Positions 9,869-19,121 of a DNA stretch of 55,732 nucleotides are shown in pieces. The translations under genes and the position numbers were made by a program. The notes under the pieces were generated by a model. It was given only the letters and a program-made list of their open reading frames with translations, did not search any database and was not told the origin of the DNA. Origin of the DNA: a virus (Duplodnaviria; Caudoviricetes); IMG/VR virus record IMGVR_UViG_3300020450_000030, positions 1 through 55,732 of that record; one strand, written 5' to 3'. How positions within the stretch are numbered: the stretch's first letter is position 1; the number at the start of each line of letters is the position of its first letter.

Positions 9869-10087
9869 AGTTTCTGTTTCAGTTTCTGTTGGAGGGACTT
9901 CTTCCACTTCTGGTGGATTGTAATACTCCAATGCTTCCAGAGCACCTTGAAGTTTTAGTGCTGTTGCCTCATTCTCTCGAATTTTATTGGCAAGTGCTTT
10001 GTTTTCTTCTATGCATTTTGCATATCTGTCTCTAAACTGTTTGATCATTTCAGTTTGAGAAACCTTTTCCATTGTACTATCAGTCAT
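9857..10087 (-). CDS. Small coiled-coil protein with acidic tail (possible fibre assembly chaperone)
   Basis: Heptad-like helix ending LKLQGALEALEYY; directly upstream of the fibre. Function inferred from position only. Confidence 0.7.
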   Translation of the reverse strand: MTDSTMEKVSQTEMIKQFRDRYAKCIEENKALANKIRENEATALKLQGALEALEYYNPPEVEEVPPTETETETEGT

Positions 10088-10090
10088 AAT

Positions 10091-10309
10091 TTAGTTAGCT
10101 AACTTTTTAAGTAAAGATTTTATCTCACTCATATCAGATTTTAGCAAAGAAACATCATTTTGTAAAGCTTCAAATTGTTGTTTCTTAACTTCTTCTGCTT
10201 TATGTGCTCGCATATACTTTTGATAAGTATCTTCATCTGCACATGATAGAGATCCATTGGATGAATCTCTAAACCATTTCTCTGCGTCTTGGACTGGGAT
10301 TTGGCTCAT
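10091..10309 (-). CDS. Small hypothetical coiled-coil protein
   Basis: FRD..NG.L followed by LKSDMSEIKSLL; ATGA overlap with the upstream gene. Confidence 0.8.
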   Translation of the reverse strand: MSQIPVQDAEKWFRDSSNGSLSCADEDTYQKYMRAHKAEEVKKQQFEALQNDVSLLKSDMSEIKSLLKKLAN

Positions 10310-13300
10310 ACTGCAAGTGCGATTGCTCTAAAGTCTTTTATGATAGGTGAGTATGCCTGATTAGGTGATATGAATATAACTTTGATTTGATACTGGTCAA
10401 AACTTAGTCCAGATACTTCATATTCATATTCAAAGAATAATTCTCTTTCTGATGTTGCAGGAATTTTTGCAGTATCAGTAGGGAAGAATTCATAACCTAA
10501 CTTTTCAATTGGATCAGTTGATCCAACTGGACGTACTCTATATAGCAACCTAATTTCACTGCCTGTTGGACGGTATCCACTGAAGAATATCTTGATAGAT
10601 CCTGATGGATTTACAAGGTTCGCAACACGAGTGATATAAACTGCATCATGCTCATCACCAACAGATAATTTAGCACTATTTGTATTTGTTGGTTTATTGA
10701 TTCTGTTAGATACGCATGTGATTGACATTCTATCAGTATCAATGACAGGTGATAAAGTTTGTACATCGCTAGTCATTGTTAGATCCATTCTAAATGACTT
10801 AGCACCACTGAGTTCAGATGATTCATTAATGCCTGAGCATATTAGAGCAGGTGCTAGTAATGGATTATCCTCACTTAAGATGATATCACTAAATACACCA
10901 TCATTAGAGAACGATGCTTCAAGGACTTGTTGACCATCATTAATTGATGTACCACTAATAGTGTTAATCCTAGCAGTCAAATTAGTCTTAGGAAGTAGCA
11001 TCCTTTCTATCTGAGGAACTAATATCTCATATTGAATATTTTGTGTTGATACTGTGTTTATTCCACCACCTACAATACCTAATCTAGCGATAGAACTTGT
11101 GGTGATTTCATAACTGTCAAGAGTAGGATTCTGAATACCAGTATGTGTCTTATTGATTTCTGTTAAAGGAATACCATCAAGATTATAACATTCTATAACT
11201 GTTTCATCAGCATGTGATCTTGCAGTTGTACCATTTAATCCTCTTTCATGAACAGTTATTGTTTTACCATCTGTGCTAATTGCACTATAGGATACAATTT
11301 CAGCAAATGTTGCTGCTAGACCCTGTGTATTATTATAGATTCTAGCGTAGCCAGGATTACTTGCACTTATCGCTGCACCATTAATAATTTTATGGAATGC
11401 AGTTGCGTCATTAACAGAAACTGATGTATCACTATTTGATATAGATGCAGTCAAGTATGTTGGTGATACTTCTGATTCTACACCTTCTATTGTCAAATTA
11501 TTTAATGGATCATGCATAGCATGATTACTGTGATGTACCTTTATTTTTCTCTGTGTTGTAGCATATGTTGGTGTTGCGTCAGGGAAAGAAGGTTGTATAG
11601 CACCACTTGATACTGCGTCTCCTAAAGGAACAAAGTTTGTACCAGAACTAGGTAGAGTTGTTTGTTGACTTGCAGTACCACCACCTGCACCATCTCCAGT
11701 AATAGTTTCACTATTTGCAAATGCTTTAGATGCATAGTTCACCTTGAGAGTTGTGCTATTGGTGACCTCTGTGATAGTAGCAGTAGCACTTGAGGTGCCT
11801 CCTGTTATTTCATCTCCAACTGCAAAACCAGATGTTGCAGCAACTGTTATTGTTGCAGTTGTTTTTGATGATACAATACCATTTGTAGAAGATGTACCTT
11901 GTACAAATGTTCCTGTAATATCTTTGATAGTTAATTGTACACCTTGTGTAGTATCAAGGATACCTGCGATTGTACCTTGTGCTAATGATGTCTTTTGATA
12001 GATACGTGCACCTATTGTATATGGAGTAGTCGCAACCTGTGAGTTCATATTCAATACAATTTCTGGTACGAATGTTTGAATAGGATCTCTTCTTAATTTA
12101 AGTTTACCACCATTTCCCTCTTCAAGTGAAATGTTATTCAATACTAATTTGCTACTTGCACCATTATTAAATTGTGCTCTAAAGATTGCAAATTTAAGAT
12201 CTTCATATTGGTCTGCAGTCCAAGTAGATGCGTTCTGTGATTTGAATAGAACACCTGCATATGGTTGCTCCGATATCGTTCTATCTCCTGTTATATCAAT
12301 CTCACCCATCCTTGATATCCAAATCTTGTATGAGTTAGAGTCAGATAGAAGTACAAAACAATGCTCGATTGATTGTGGGATATAAACTGGTGCTCTAAAT
12401 GTAAATTTAGTTGCAACAGCACCTGTTTCAGATATCTGAATAGCAGCAGGTTCTAACGTCACATCAGAGAAAGGTAGGATACTTGTTGTTGGATATCCAT
12501 TTTCCATTGTTCTGATTTGCATAGAAACAGGAATGTTTGTATCTTTAGTATTAAAGTAAACATCTACAGATGTTATGAATACACCGCCAGTCTCATCTAC
12601 AATAAATGATTGTGCGAGAGGGTCATACCATCCAATCTGTCTTGTTTCTGTTCTAGTAGAACGAACTGTTCTATCTTGTGTGACAGTATCACGAACAACT
12701 TCAGCGTTTCTAACAGCAAGAACATTTTCACGAACTCTATTAAGAGTTCCCTTTGCTTCGTATTCTACTTCAGCAGATGAATCTACTGATCCTGCTAGTC
12801 TTGAATCATCCTGAGCAGTGGTTAATCTCATTGTTCTTGTACCAGTTCTCCATCTTGGATTGCCAGGTACATTTGTTGGAGGAATAAAGAATGAACCTCT
12901 TAATTTACCGAAACGATCTGAAACTAATCTACGATCTTTAACAACTGCTTTAGCACCAGATGTTCCAATAATAACCTCACCTACTTGGAAATTACCAAAG
13001 AATTGTCCAGTTGCTTGGTTTGCACTCGCTGCTAAATCAATGTTTAATATTGAAGTTGTGGACGCATAAGATGAAGGTAATACAGTATCATCATATGGAT
13101 TAAATGCAAATGTAGCATTAGGTGTTGCCACTCTAAATCTTGCACCAGAGGTTTGACCTACTACTGTTTCACCGATCACAAAAGGTGTAGAGTTTGTACG
13201 ATTATCTGTTGATGGATCTTTAATAAGTTCAACTATCTTAGGAGTGATATATTGATCAATGTTTCTTCCATCAAAGAAAGCATACATTCTTGTTCTTGGT

Positions 13301-16300
13301 TTCAATCTTTCAACTACAAATTTAATGTTTCTAGAACGAATCCAAGGAATTGTTGTGGTTGAAATTATACTATCACCTAGTGATCTACGATCAATTCTAG
13401 GTATAACTCTTGATCTAACACCTCTTCTTGTTTGACCAGTTGTTGTTTCAATAGTAGTTGTCCTATTAACACGACGCATACCACGACCACCCCATACACC
13501 AGGATGAGGTGAACGTCCAACGTCCTCTGCTAACCAATGAGAGTTTCTAGTAGTTCTAGAAGAAATAACTCTTTCAGTTGTCCACTGATCTCTCCATGCA
13601 CCCCATTGAATAGGAGCAAAACCATTTTGATCAACTCTAAGTTCAGACGATACTGCTTGGAAATCACCTTCTACTTGTGTCACCTGTACAGGAAGTCTCT
13701 GTGTATCTAACCAGTCATCAGATGCAGGAGTTAGATCAATACGTCCAATGTATGTGAATACGTTGAATGGGTTGATATTCTCAACTCTTGATGCGTATGG
13801 TTGATCAATAATCTTTTGTTCAGTGTATGGTAAAGTAATTAAAGGACCAGTCTGCTGATAGTTAGTAGATAATGAATCATTAATCTCAAGACCTATGTTT
13901 GTAGTGTAATGAGATGCTCTTGCATAACCTTGTTTAAAATCTAATGCAGCACTAAAGTCTTCGTTTTGTGTGTCTGACTTACCGTGATCTGAAAAATCAT
14001 CTACAATAAAACCATTCTTAAGACGGTCTTTGCCATCTGCGTCTATAATCTTGGTATTAAAAGTATCAGTCTCTAATAAGTTTAACGAAGTATAGTATTC
14101 TACTTGATCTAATCTACGTTCTATACCACCAATATCACGCATGGTATAACGTTTGTTATCAGATCTTACTACTGCAACATCGGTCTCAGGATCAAAACCA
14201 TATGGTTTATGATTGATGACTGCTAAAAGCATACCATCTTTTAAATCATCTGGTTCTAGTGGTTCTTCTGCAGACTTACCTTTAACAATTTGGAACTCAC
14301 CGTCAGGTGATATAAATGCTTTATCAGTTCTTGGTAGATACCAATCAAAATCACAACGCATACTTGTTTTGATTTTAGGTATATCAAAAATTGTAGCAGT
14401 AGGAGTACCACTTACATTGAATACTCTTGAGTTAAAATCAAATGTGGATGATTGCACATATGCAGGTGATGATACTGTTCCTGTTCCAATGTATAAGTTC
14501 TTAACGCCTGGTCTAAAGTCAAGGAAATCTGCCATGAATTTAGTTTCAAAGAATGGAATATCACTGTAATCTGTGGAAAGATATGATTGACCTCCAAAGT
14601 AATCTCCAGTCGCAGAATGTGTGTAGTAGTCAATAACTATTTTTAATTTTCTAAGAGGAACTGCTACACCTTTCTTCCTAATAATCTTAGAAATATCATA
14701 TAAGAATCCAGTTTGATTGACCTCTAGGTAATAGTTGTCAGTCACAACTTTTGATCCTGCTACGATTGATCCTGCAGAGTCATTGATAATAGCACTAATA
14801 GCAATACCACTACTATTAACACCATTTATTGTTTCACCTGCAACAAATGTTCCTTCAAGATATACTAATGATAGTTTTAAACTACCAGAAGCAAAGTCAA
14901 TAACTTTTGCTCTTGCTTTAGAAGTTGATCCAGTGACAATAGTTCCAGTAGCAAAGAAAGTTGGTTCTACAATAGTCACAGAAGGTAATACAGGATCAGA
15001 GTCATCAAGTGATTCATATACTGCATGTAATCTATAACAATCTGATACACCTAGAGATATATCTCTATCTTCAATACGTGTACCATATACATTTGAATAA
15101 ACAAGATTGTAATTTTGTTTATCTAAATTTTGTACAGTTTTATTAACCTTCAACACAAACATCTGATTTTCAGTCTTTGTCTTTCTAGTTGCAATATTTT
15201 TAGATATTGTAGCAGTGACTTTTACAGATGTAATTTGAGTTAGATTTTCTACCTGTATTGTAGTTTGTTCAGATGATGTAAATGTTGTATAACCAATATC
15301 ACCAGATGCTGATGTATTCAAAGGTATCTCAGCACCTACAGCGTATGAACTATTAGATCCTGCTAATACTACTATAGTGTAGTTCTCATTTGTGATAGAA
15401 GAGAACTGCTCATTCTCAGGAAGAGTAATTGATATCGAGTTAGAGGATACTGTTTGAGCATCAAATGTTCTTCTGACAGTCATTGACTCATCAGATATTG
15501 ACTTGATGTATTTCTTAGGCATTGGACTAAGAAGATCAGCGTTCTCTACACCAAATAATTTTGCACGATATCTTAATAGTGCTGTATATGTACCTGCAGA
15601 AGGAGCGTTAGTAGGATCTACTTTAACTGTTTGTCCTGTAGCAGATGTATAATCAAATATGGATGATATACCTGTTGTAGGTAAAGAGTTTGGATTTATT
15701 TTATCTACATCAACATACTGTGTATTATTGAAATATAATCTATCGCCAGGTCTTAAATCTAACGCAAAGTTTGATTGTAGACCAGTAATTTTTTCTGCAC
15801 TACCTGTAGCATCATATGTAAATGTACTACCTTGTACAACTGAAATATCTTCGAGAATAATATCAGCACTAAACTCTACAGCAGATGTATTTTCATCTCT
15901 CGCTACAAGTTGTCTTGCATCAGAGAAGTTGTAGTAATGTATATTATTAACTGTATCTAAGTTCAATCCATCAACAGTAATCATTTCTCCTGCTTGGAAT
16001 GTTCCTTCAACTTGATATAGATCAATATGATCTGCAGAGAATGTTTCTGTCACATATCCTCTTGCACCAGATGTAGCACCAACAACTTGAGAACCTACTG
16101 TGACACTAACTGAACTTGCCATGTCCAAGATAGTAAACATCTGTATATCAAATAATACAGTCTTATAGATGTCATCTGCATCTCCAAATGTAGCATCCTG
16201 ATTAGAAGAATACTCACATGATAGGATACGAGCATAACCTATAATATTACCTGCACCTGTACCTGGTGAACTTGTAAATGCATCTCTTATCTGAGCAACT

Positions 16301-17553
16301 TGATATGCATTAGATAAAGTTGAACCTGTTGCATTTGGGAAACCATATACGTTGTTGACATTAACAAAGTTTCCAACCTCAAAAGGTATGTTTACATTTT
16401 GTGCTGACTGTGTGTCTCTTGGTTTTTCTAAGTCAACATATGTTGGTGATAGAGTAGATACTCTATATCCTTTTACGTATGCAGTACCAGGACCAAACTC
16501 AACTGCATATAAATTTTCTGCAGCAGTATTTTCTTGAGCAGTTGTAGCACCTATTGCATATACACCATTATTAAATGTATCATCTAAATTTTCTCTTATA
16601 TTAATATCAAAATCTTTAACAACATAATCACCTGATTCTTCAAATGTTCTTGTTGCTAATGATCTTTCTAATTCATCATATGCACTTCGATCAACAAGTT
16701 TTTCAACTTTACTATTGTTAATACGTAAGAGTTCGATAAAATCTTTATCGGCATCATCTGTAAGAAGTTTCTTAACTAAGTTTGTGGTGATTCTAAATCT
16801 ATGAGAACCAGGAGCAGCATAGTTAGATGTTCCTGCAGCATTATCGTTGAGGCTAAGGTCATCCTCTGGGGTAATAATTGATTCTTGAATATCAAGTCCG
16901 ATACGATAGGAGGGGTTGGTTCCATACTGATCTAATAAAATGTATTGATAAGGTACATCAACAAAGAAACCTCTAATAAAGTAAACACCATCTTGTACAT
17001 ATGCTACAGAACCAGTCTGTAATGCACCTGTAGGTAATAACTGAGCAAATGGTGAACCAACTTCAATCAAAGTAGTTCCGAAAGTTATTTCAGTATCAGT
17101 AATTAACTGCTCATTGTTGGAAAATGTTTGCTGTGTATTTCCAGTACCACCAGATTCAATATACTTAACGTAGATAGTAATATATCCTTTGGTTGATTCT
17201 GTATCAGAAATACTATACAATACCTTTGCTTTGACTCCTGATGTCAAACCAGTGATAATTTTATCTGTAAGTTGAGATCTATACAATTCAACGTCAGCAC
17301 CTAAGAATGACTCTTGAACCAAAATACAGTCAACGTTTAAGTCATAACCAACTTGACCTGGTATAACCATCGCACCATCTTTGAATAGATGTGCACCAAC
17401 GTTTTCAACCTGATTCTGCAGAATACTCTGCATGGATGTCAGTTCTCTTGCCTGTATTGGGAAACCAGGACGGAACAATACTCGATAAAAGTTTTTCGTT
17501 TTATCAAAGTCGTCGTAATACGGTGTTACGTTTAAATTAGTATTTTGTGCCAT
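10306..17553 (-). CDS. Large virion structural protein, DUF4815/VrlC-like
   Basis: N-terminal NLNVTPYYDDFD..KNFYRVLFRPG.PIQARELT; RLKNGFIVDDF; DPLAQSF; C-terminal DFRAIAL. Confidence 0.88.
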   Translation of the reverse strand: MAQNTNLNVTPYYDDFDKTKNFYRVLFRPGFPIQARELTSMQSILQNQVENVGAHLFKDGAMVIPGQVGYDLNVDCILVQESFLGADVELYRSQLTDKIITGLTSGVKAKVLYSISDTESTKGYITIYVKYIESGGTGNTQQTFSNNEQLITDTEITFGTTLIEVGSPFAQLLPTGALQTGSVAYVQDGVYFIRGFFVDVPYQYILLDQYGTNPSYRIGLDIQESIITPEDDLSLNDNAAGTSNYAAPGSHRFRITTNLVKKLLTDDADKDFIELLRINNSKVEKLVDRSAYDELERSLATRTFEESGDYVVKDFDINIRENLDDTFNNGVYAIGATTAQENTAAENLYAVEFGPGTAYVKGYRVSTLSPTYVDLEKPRDTQSAQNVNIPFEVGNFVNVNNVYGFPNATGSTLSNAYQVAQIRDAFTSSPGTGAGNIIGYARILSCEYSSNQDATFGDADDIYKTVLFDIQMFTILDMASSVSVTVGSQVVGATSGARGYVTETFSADHIDLYQVEGTFQAGEMITVDGLNLDTVNNIHYYNFSDARQLVARDENTSAVEFSADIILEDISVVQGSTFTYDATGSAEKITGLQSNFALDLRPGDRLYFNNTQYVDVDKINPNSLPTTGISSIFDYTSATGQTVKVDPTNAPSAGTYTALLRYRAKLFGVENADLLSPMPKKYIKSISDESMTVRRTFDAQTVSSNSISITLPENEQFSSITNENYTIVVLAGSNSSYAVGAEIPLNTSASGDIGYTTFTSSEQTTIQVENLTQITSVKVTATISKNIATRKTKTENQMFVLKVNKTVQNLDKQNYNLVYSNVYGTRIEDRDISLGVSDCYRLHAVYESLDDSDPVLPSVTIVEPTFFATGTIVTGSTSKARAKVIDFASGSLKLSLVYLEGTFVAGETINGVNSSGIAISAIINDSAGSIVAGSKVVTDNYYLEVNQTGFLYDISKIIRKKGVAVPLRKLKIVIDYYTHSATGDYFGGQSYLSTDYSDIPFFETKFMADFLDFRPGVKNLYIGTGTVSSPAYVQSSTFDFNSRVFNVSGTPTATIFDIPKIKTSMRCDFDWYLPRTDKAFISPDGEFQIVKGKSAEEPLEPDDLKDGMLLAVINHKPYGFDPETDVAVVRSDNKRYTMRDIGGIERRLDQVEYYTSLNLLETDTFNTKIIDADGKDRLKNGFIVDDFSDHGKSDTQNEDFSAALDFKQGYARASHYTTNIGLEINDSLSTNYQQTGPLITLPYTEQKIIDQPYASRVENINPFNVFTYIGRIDLTPASDDWLDTQRLPVQVTQVEGDFQAVSSELRVDQNGFAPIQWGAWRDQWTTERVISSRTTRNSHWLAEDVGRSPHPGVWGGRGMRRVNRTTTIETTTGQTRRGVRSRVIPRIDRRSLGDSIISTTTIPWIRSRNIKFVVERLKPRTRMYAFFDGRNIDQYITPKIVELIKDPSTDNRTNSTPFVIGETVVGQTSGARFRVATPNATFAFNPYDDTVLPSSYASTTSILNIDLAASANQATGQFFGNFQVGEVIIGTSGAKAVVKDRRLVSDRFGKLRGSFFIPPTNVPGNPRWRTGTRTMRLTTAQDDSRLAGSVDSSAEVEYEAKGTLNRVRENVLAVRNAEVVRDTVTQDRTVRSTRTETRQIGWYDPLAQSFIVDETGGVFITSVDVYFNTKDTNIPVSMQIRTMENGYPTTSILPFSDVTLEPAAIQISETGAVATKFTFRAPVYIPQSIEHCFVLLSDSNSYKIWISRMGEIDITGDRTISEQPYAGVLFKSQNASTWTADQYEDLKFAIFRAQFNNGASSKLVLNNISLEEGNGGKLKLRRDPIQTFVPEIVLNMNSQVATTPYTIGARIYQKTSLAQGTIAGILDTTQGVQLTIKDITGTFVQGTSSTNGIVSSKTTATITVAATSGFAVGDEITGGTSSATATITEVTNSTTLKVNYASKAFANSETITGDGAGGGTASQQTTLPSSGTNFVPLGDAVSSGAIQPSFPDATPTYATTQRKIKVHHSNHAMHDPLNNLTIEGVESEVSPTYLTASISNSDTSVSVNDATAFHKIINGAAISASNPGYARIYNNTQGLAATFAEIVSYSAISTDGKTITVHERGLNGTTARSHADETVIECYNLDGIPLTEINKTHTGIQNPTLDSYEITTSSIARLGIVGGGINTVSTQNIQYEILVPQIERMLLPKTNLTARINTISGTSINDGQQVLEASFSNDGVFSDIILSEDNPLLAPALICSGINESSELSGAKSFRMDLTMTSDVQTLSPVIDTDRMSITCVSNRINKPTNTNSAKLSVGDEHDAVYITRVANLVNPSGSIKIFFSGYRPTGSEIRLLYRVRPVGSTDPIEKLGYEFFPTDTAKIPATSERELFFEYEYEVSGLSFDQYQIKVIFISPNQAYSPIIKDFRAIALAV

Positions 17554-19085
17554 TAGAACTCGATTACGATTTTAATATCTTCTACTTGGTCGTTTGCACG
17601 ACTGATGGATCTCCTATTATCTATGTAAACAACGTCACCGCTATTTGACTCGATCTCAGGTTTAGCATATCCATTGTTAAATTTCATACCTAAGTCATAT
17701 TCTGTATTGTTGATTGTTCTCGCTGATGAGTTAGGAACAGCAGGGAAGTTTACGTCTGGAGCACCAGCCGCACCTGATGTTGCACCACTAACAACGTTTG
17801 AACCATCAAATTCATTTTGTGTACCAGTAACTTCTGGGAAGATACCATCAACAGCGTTCTGATAATATTTTAGAACTTTTGTTGTAGCATTCCATGAGAT
17901 TACTCGTGCTCTTGCAGTCACGTTTGTACCACCAACAACTCTTGTTTGTGTGATAATTTCGTCAGGAACGTAATTACCTTGGAATGTTGGAGAGAAAATA
18001 ACCGCTTTAGTAGCAGAAACAGTCAAGTCAGAAAGAAGTTCTGCAGTACCAAATTTTAAAGGATTAGTTATTAAACCAATTCTTCTGTAGTCGTTATCAA
18101 CTGGGAAGTCTCCTGCACCCTCATCATATGAGAGTTTAGCATTGATCATGGTTCTAAAAGCACCAAGTTCAACAATAGAGTCTTTACCATGACCGCCTGG
18201 TGGTGGGATGATAACATCAACTTGTCCACCAGTACCAGTACCGATACCAGTTATATTATCTACACTGATTTTACCGAATGTATATCCAGTACCACCAGAT
18301 GTCACTGTGGCAGATATAATCTTACCACCGTCAATAACGATTGAAACACGACCACCAGTTCCATCACCATTGATCGCTACATTATCATAGGTACCATTGT
18401 TGTACCCAGACCCTGCAGCGTTAATAACAACAGTATCGACTTCACCTGCAACCGCATTGGTTTGAACAGCAGCGTTGGTGAATACTGGCATGTAATCGTT
18501 TGAGAAAAACTTAAGAACGCTCGCAACTGGAATAGTGTACATGTACTTCCAACGATACCCATCACCAGTAGTGATGATGCTAGTGCTAGTACCAGTAGGC
18601 TCGACAGTAGAAGGTTTACCATTTGGATCGGACGGAGATGTTCCATTGTAGATACATTTGTATACTTGATACTGGGAGTTTACGACATAAAAGTCTGAAT
18701 CATATAGTTTAGTTGCACCAGAAGCAGCAGTTTTACTTGGTGAGTAATCATGACGATACATGTCATAGGTAAAACCTAATCCACCAGTAGTTTGTTCTGG
18801 GGAAACCCAGTCAATTCTACGCACCACCTGCACAGTATCTGAAGCCAGCACTCTTTTGAGAGATACCATGTCATCATAAGAACCAGAAAATTCAGAGAAT
18901 GAATCCACTGCCTGTGGCGGTGAGTTTTCATTATCCCAACTTTGTGGTCTACCAATGAAAAGATATAATCTGTCTCTTGTTGCACCCGCAACCGTATCAC
19001 TTTCGGTTGCATTAGGACCTTCAAGTGCCTTTATGAACTTTTGTGCTGAAAAAATTCTAAATTGGTCTGTTAATAGAGCTGCCAT
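17553..19085 (-). CDS. gp8: Baseplate wedge subunit gp8
   Basis: LYLFIGRPQSW, YDMYRHDYS, FYVVNSQYQVYKCIYNG, DGYRWKYMY, C-terminal QVEDIKIVIEF; AGGAGG upstream. Confidence 0.93.
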   Translation of the reverse strand: MAALLTDQFRIFSAQKFIKALEGPNATESDTVAGATRDRLYLFIGRPQSWDNENSPPQAVDSFSEFSGSYDDMVSLKRVLASDTVQVVRRIDWVSPEQTTGGLGFTYDMYRHDYSPSKTAASGATKLYDSDFYVVNSQYQVYKCIYNGTSPSDPNGKPSTVEPTGTSTSIITTGDGYRWKYMYTIPVASVLKFFSNDYMPVFTNAAVQTNAVAGEVDTVVINAAGSGYNNGTYDNVAINGDGTGGRVSIVIDGGKIISATVTSGGTGYTFGKISVDNITGIGTGTGGQVDVIIPPPGGHGKDSIVELGAFRTMINAKLSYDEGAGDFPVDNDYRRIGLITNPLKFGTAELLSDLTVSATKAVIFSPTFQGNYVPDEIITQTRVVGGTNVTARARVISWNATTKVLKYYQNAVDGIFPEVTGTQNEFDGSNVVSGATSGAAGAPDVNFPAVPNSSARTINNTEYDLGMKFNNGYAKPEIESNSGDVVYIDNRRSISRANDQVEDIKIVIEF

Positions 19086-19112
19086 TTTCTAGTGACTATT
19101 TGTCCTCCTGTT

Positions 19113-19120
19113 TATTTATG
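19113..19120 (-). promoter_or_regulatory. Late promoter (cATAAATA) for gp8
   Basis: ATAAATA followed by AGGAGG in the 36-nt intergenic gap. Confidence 0.8.
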
Positions 19121-19121
19121 C

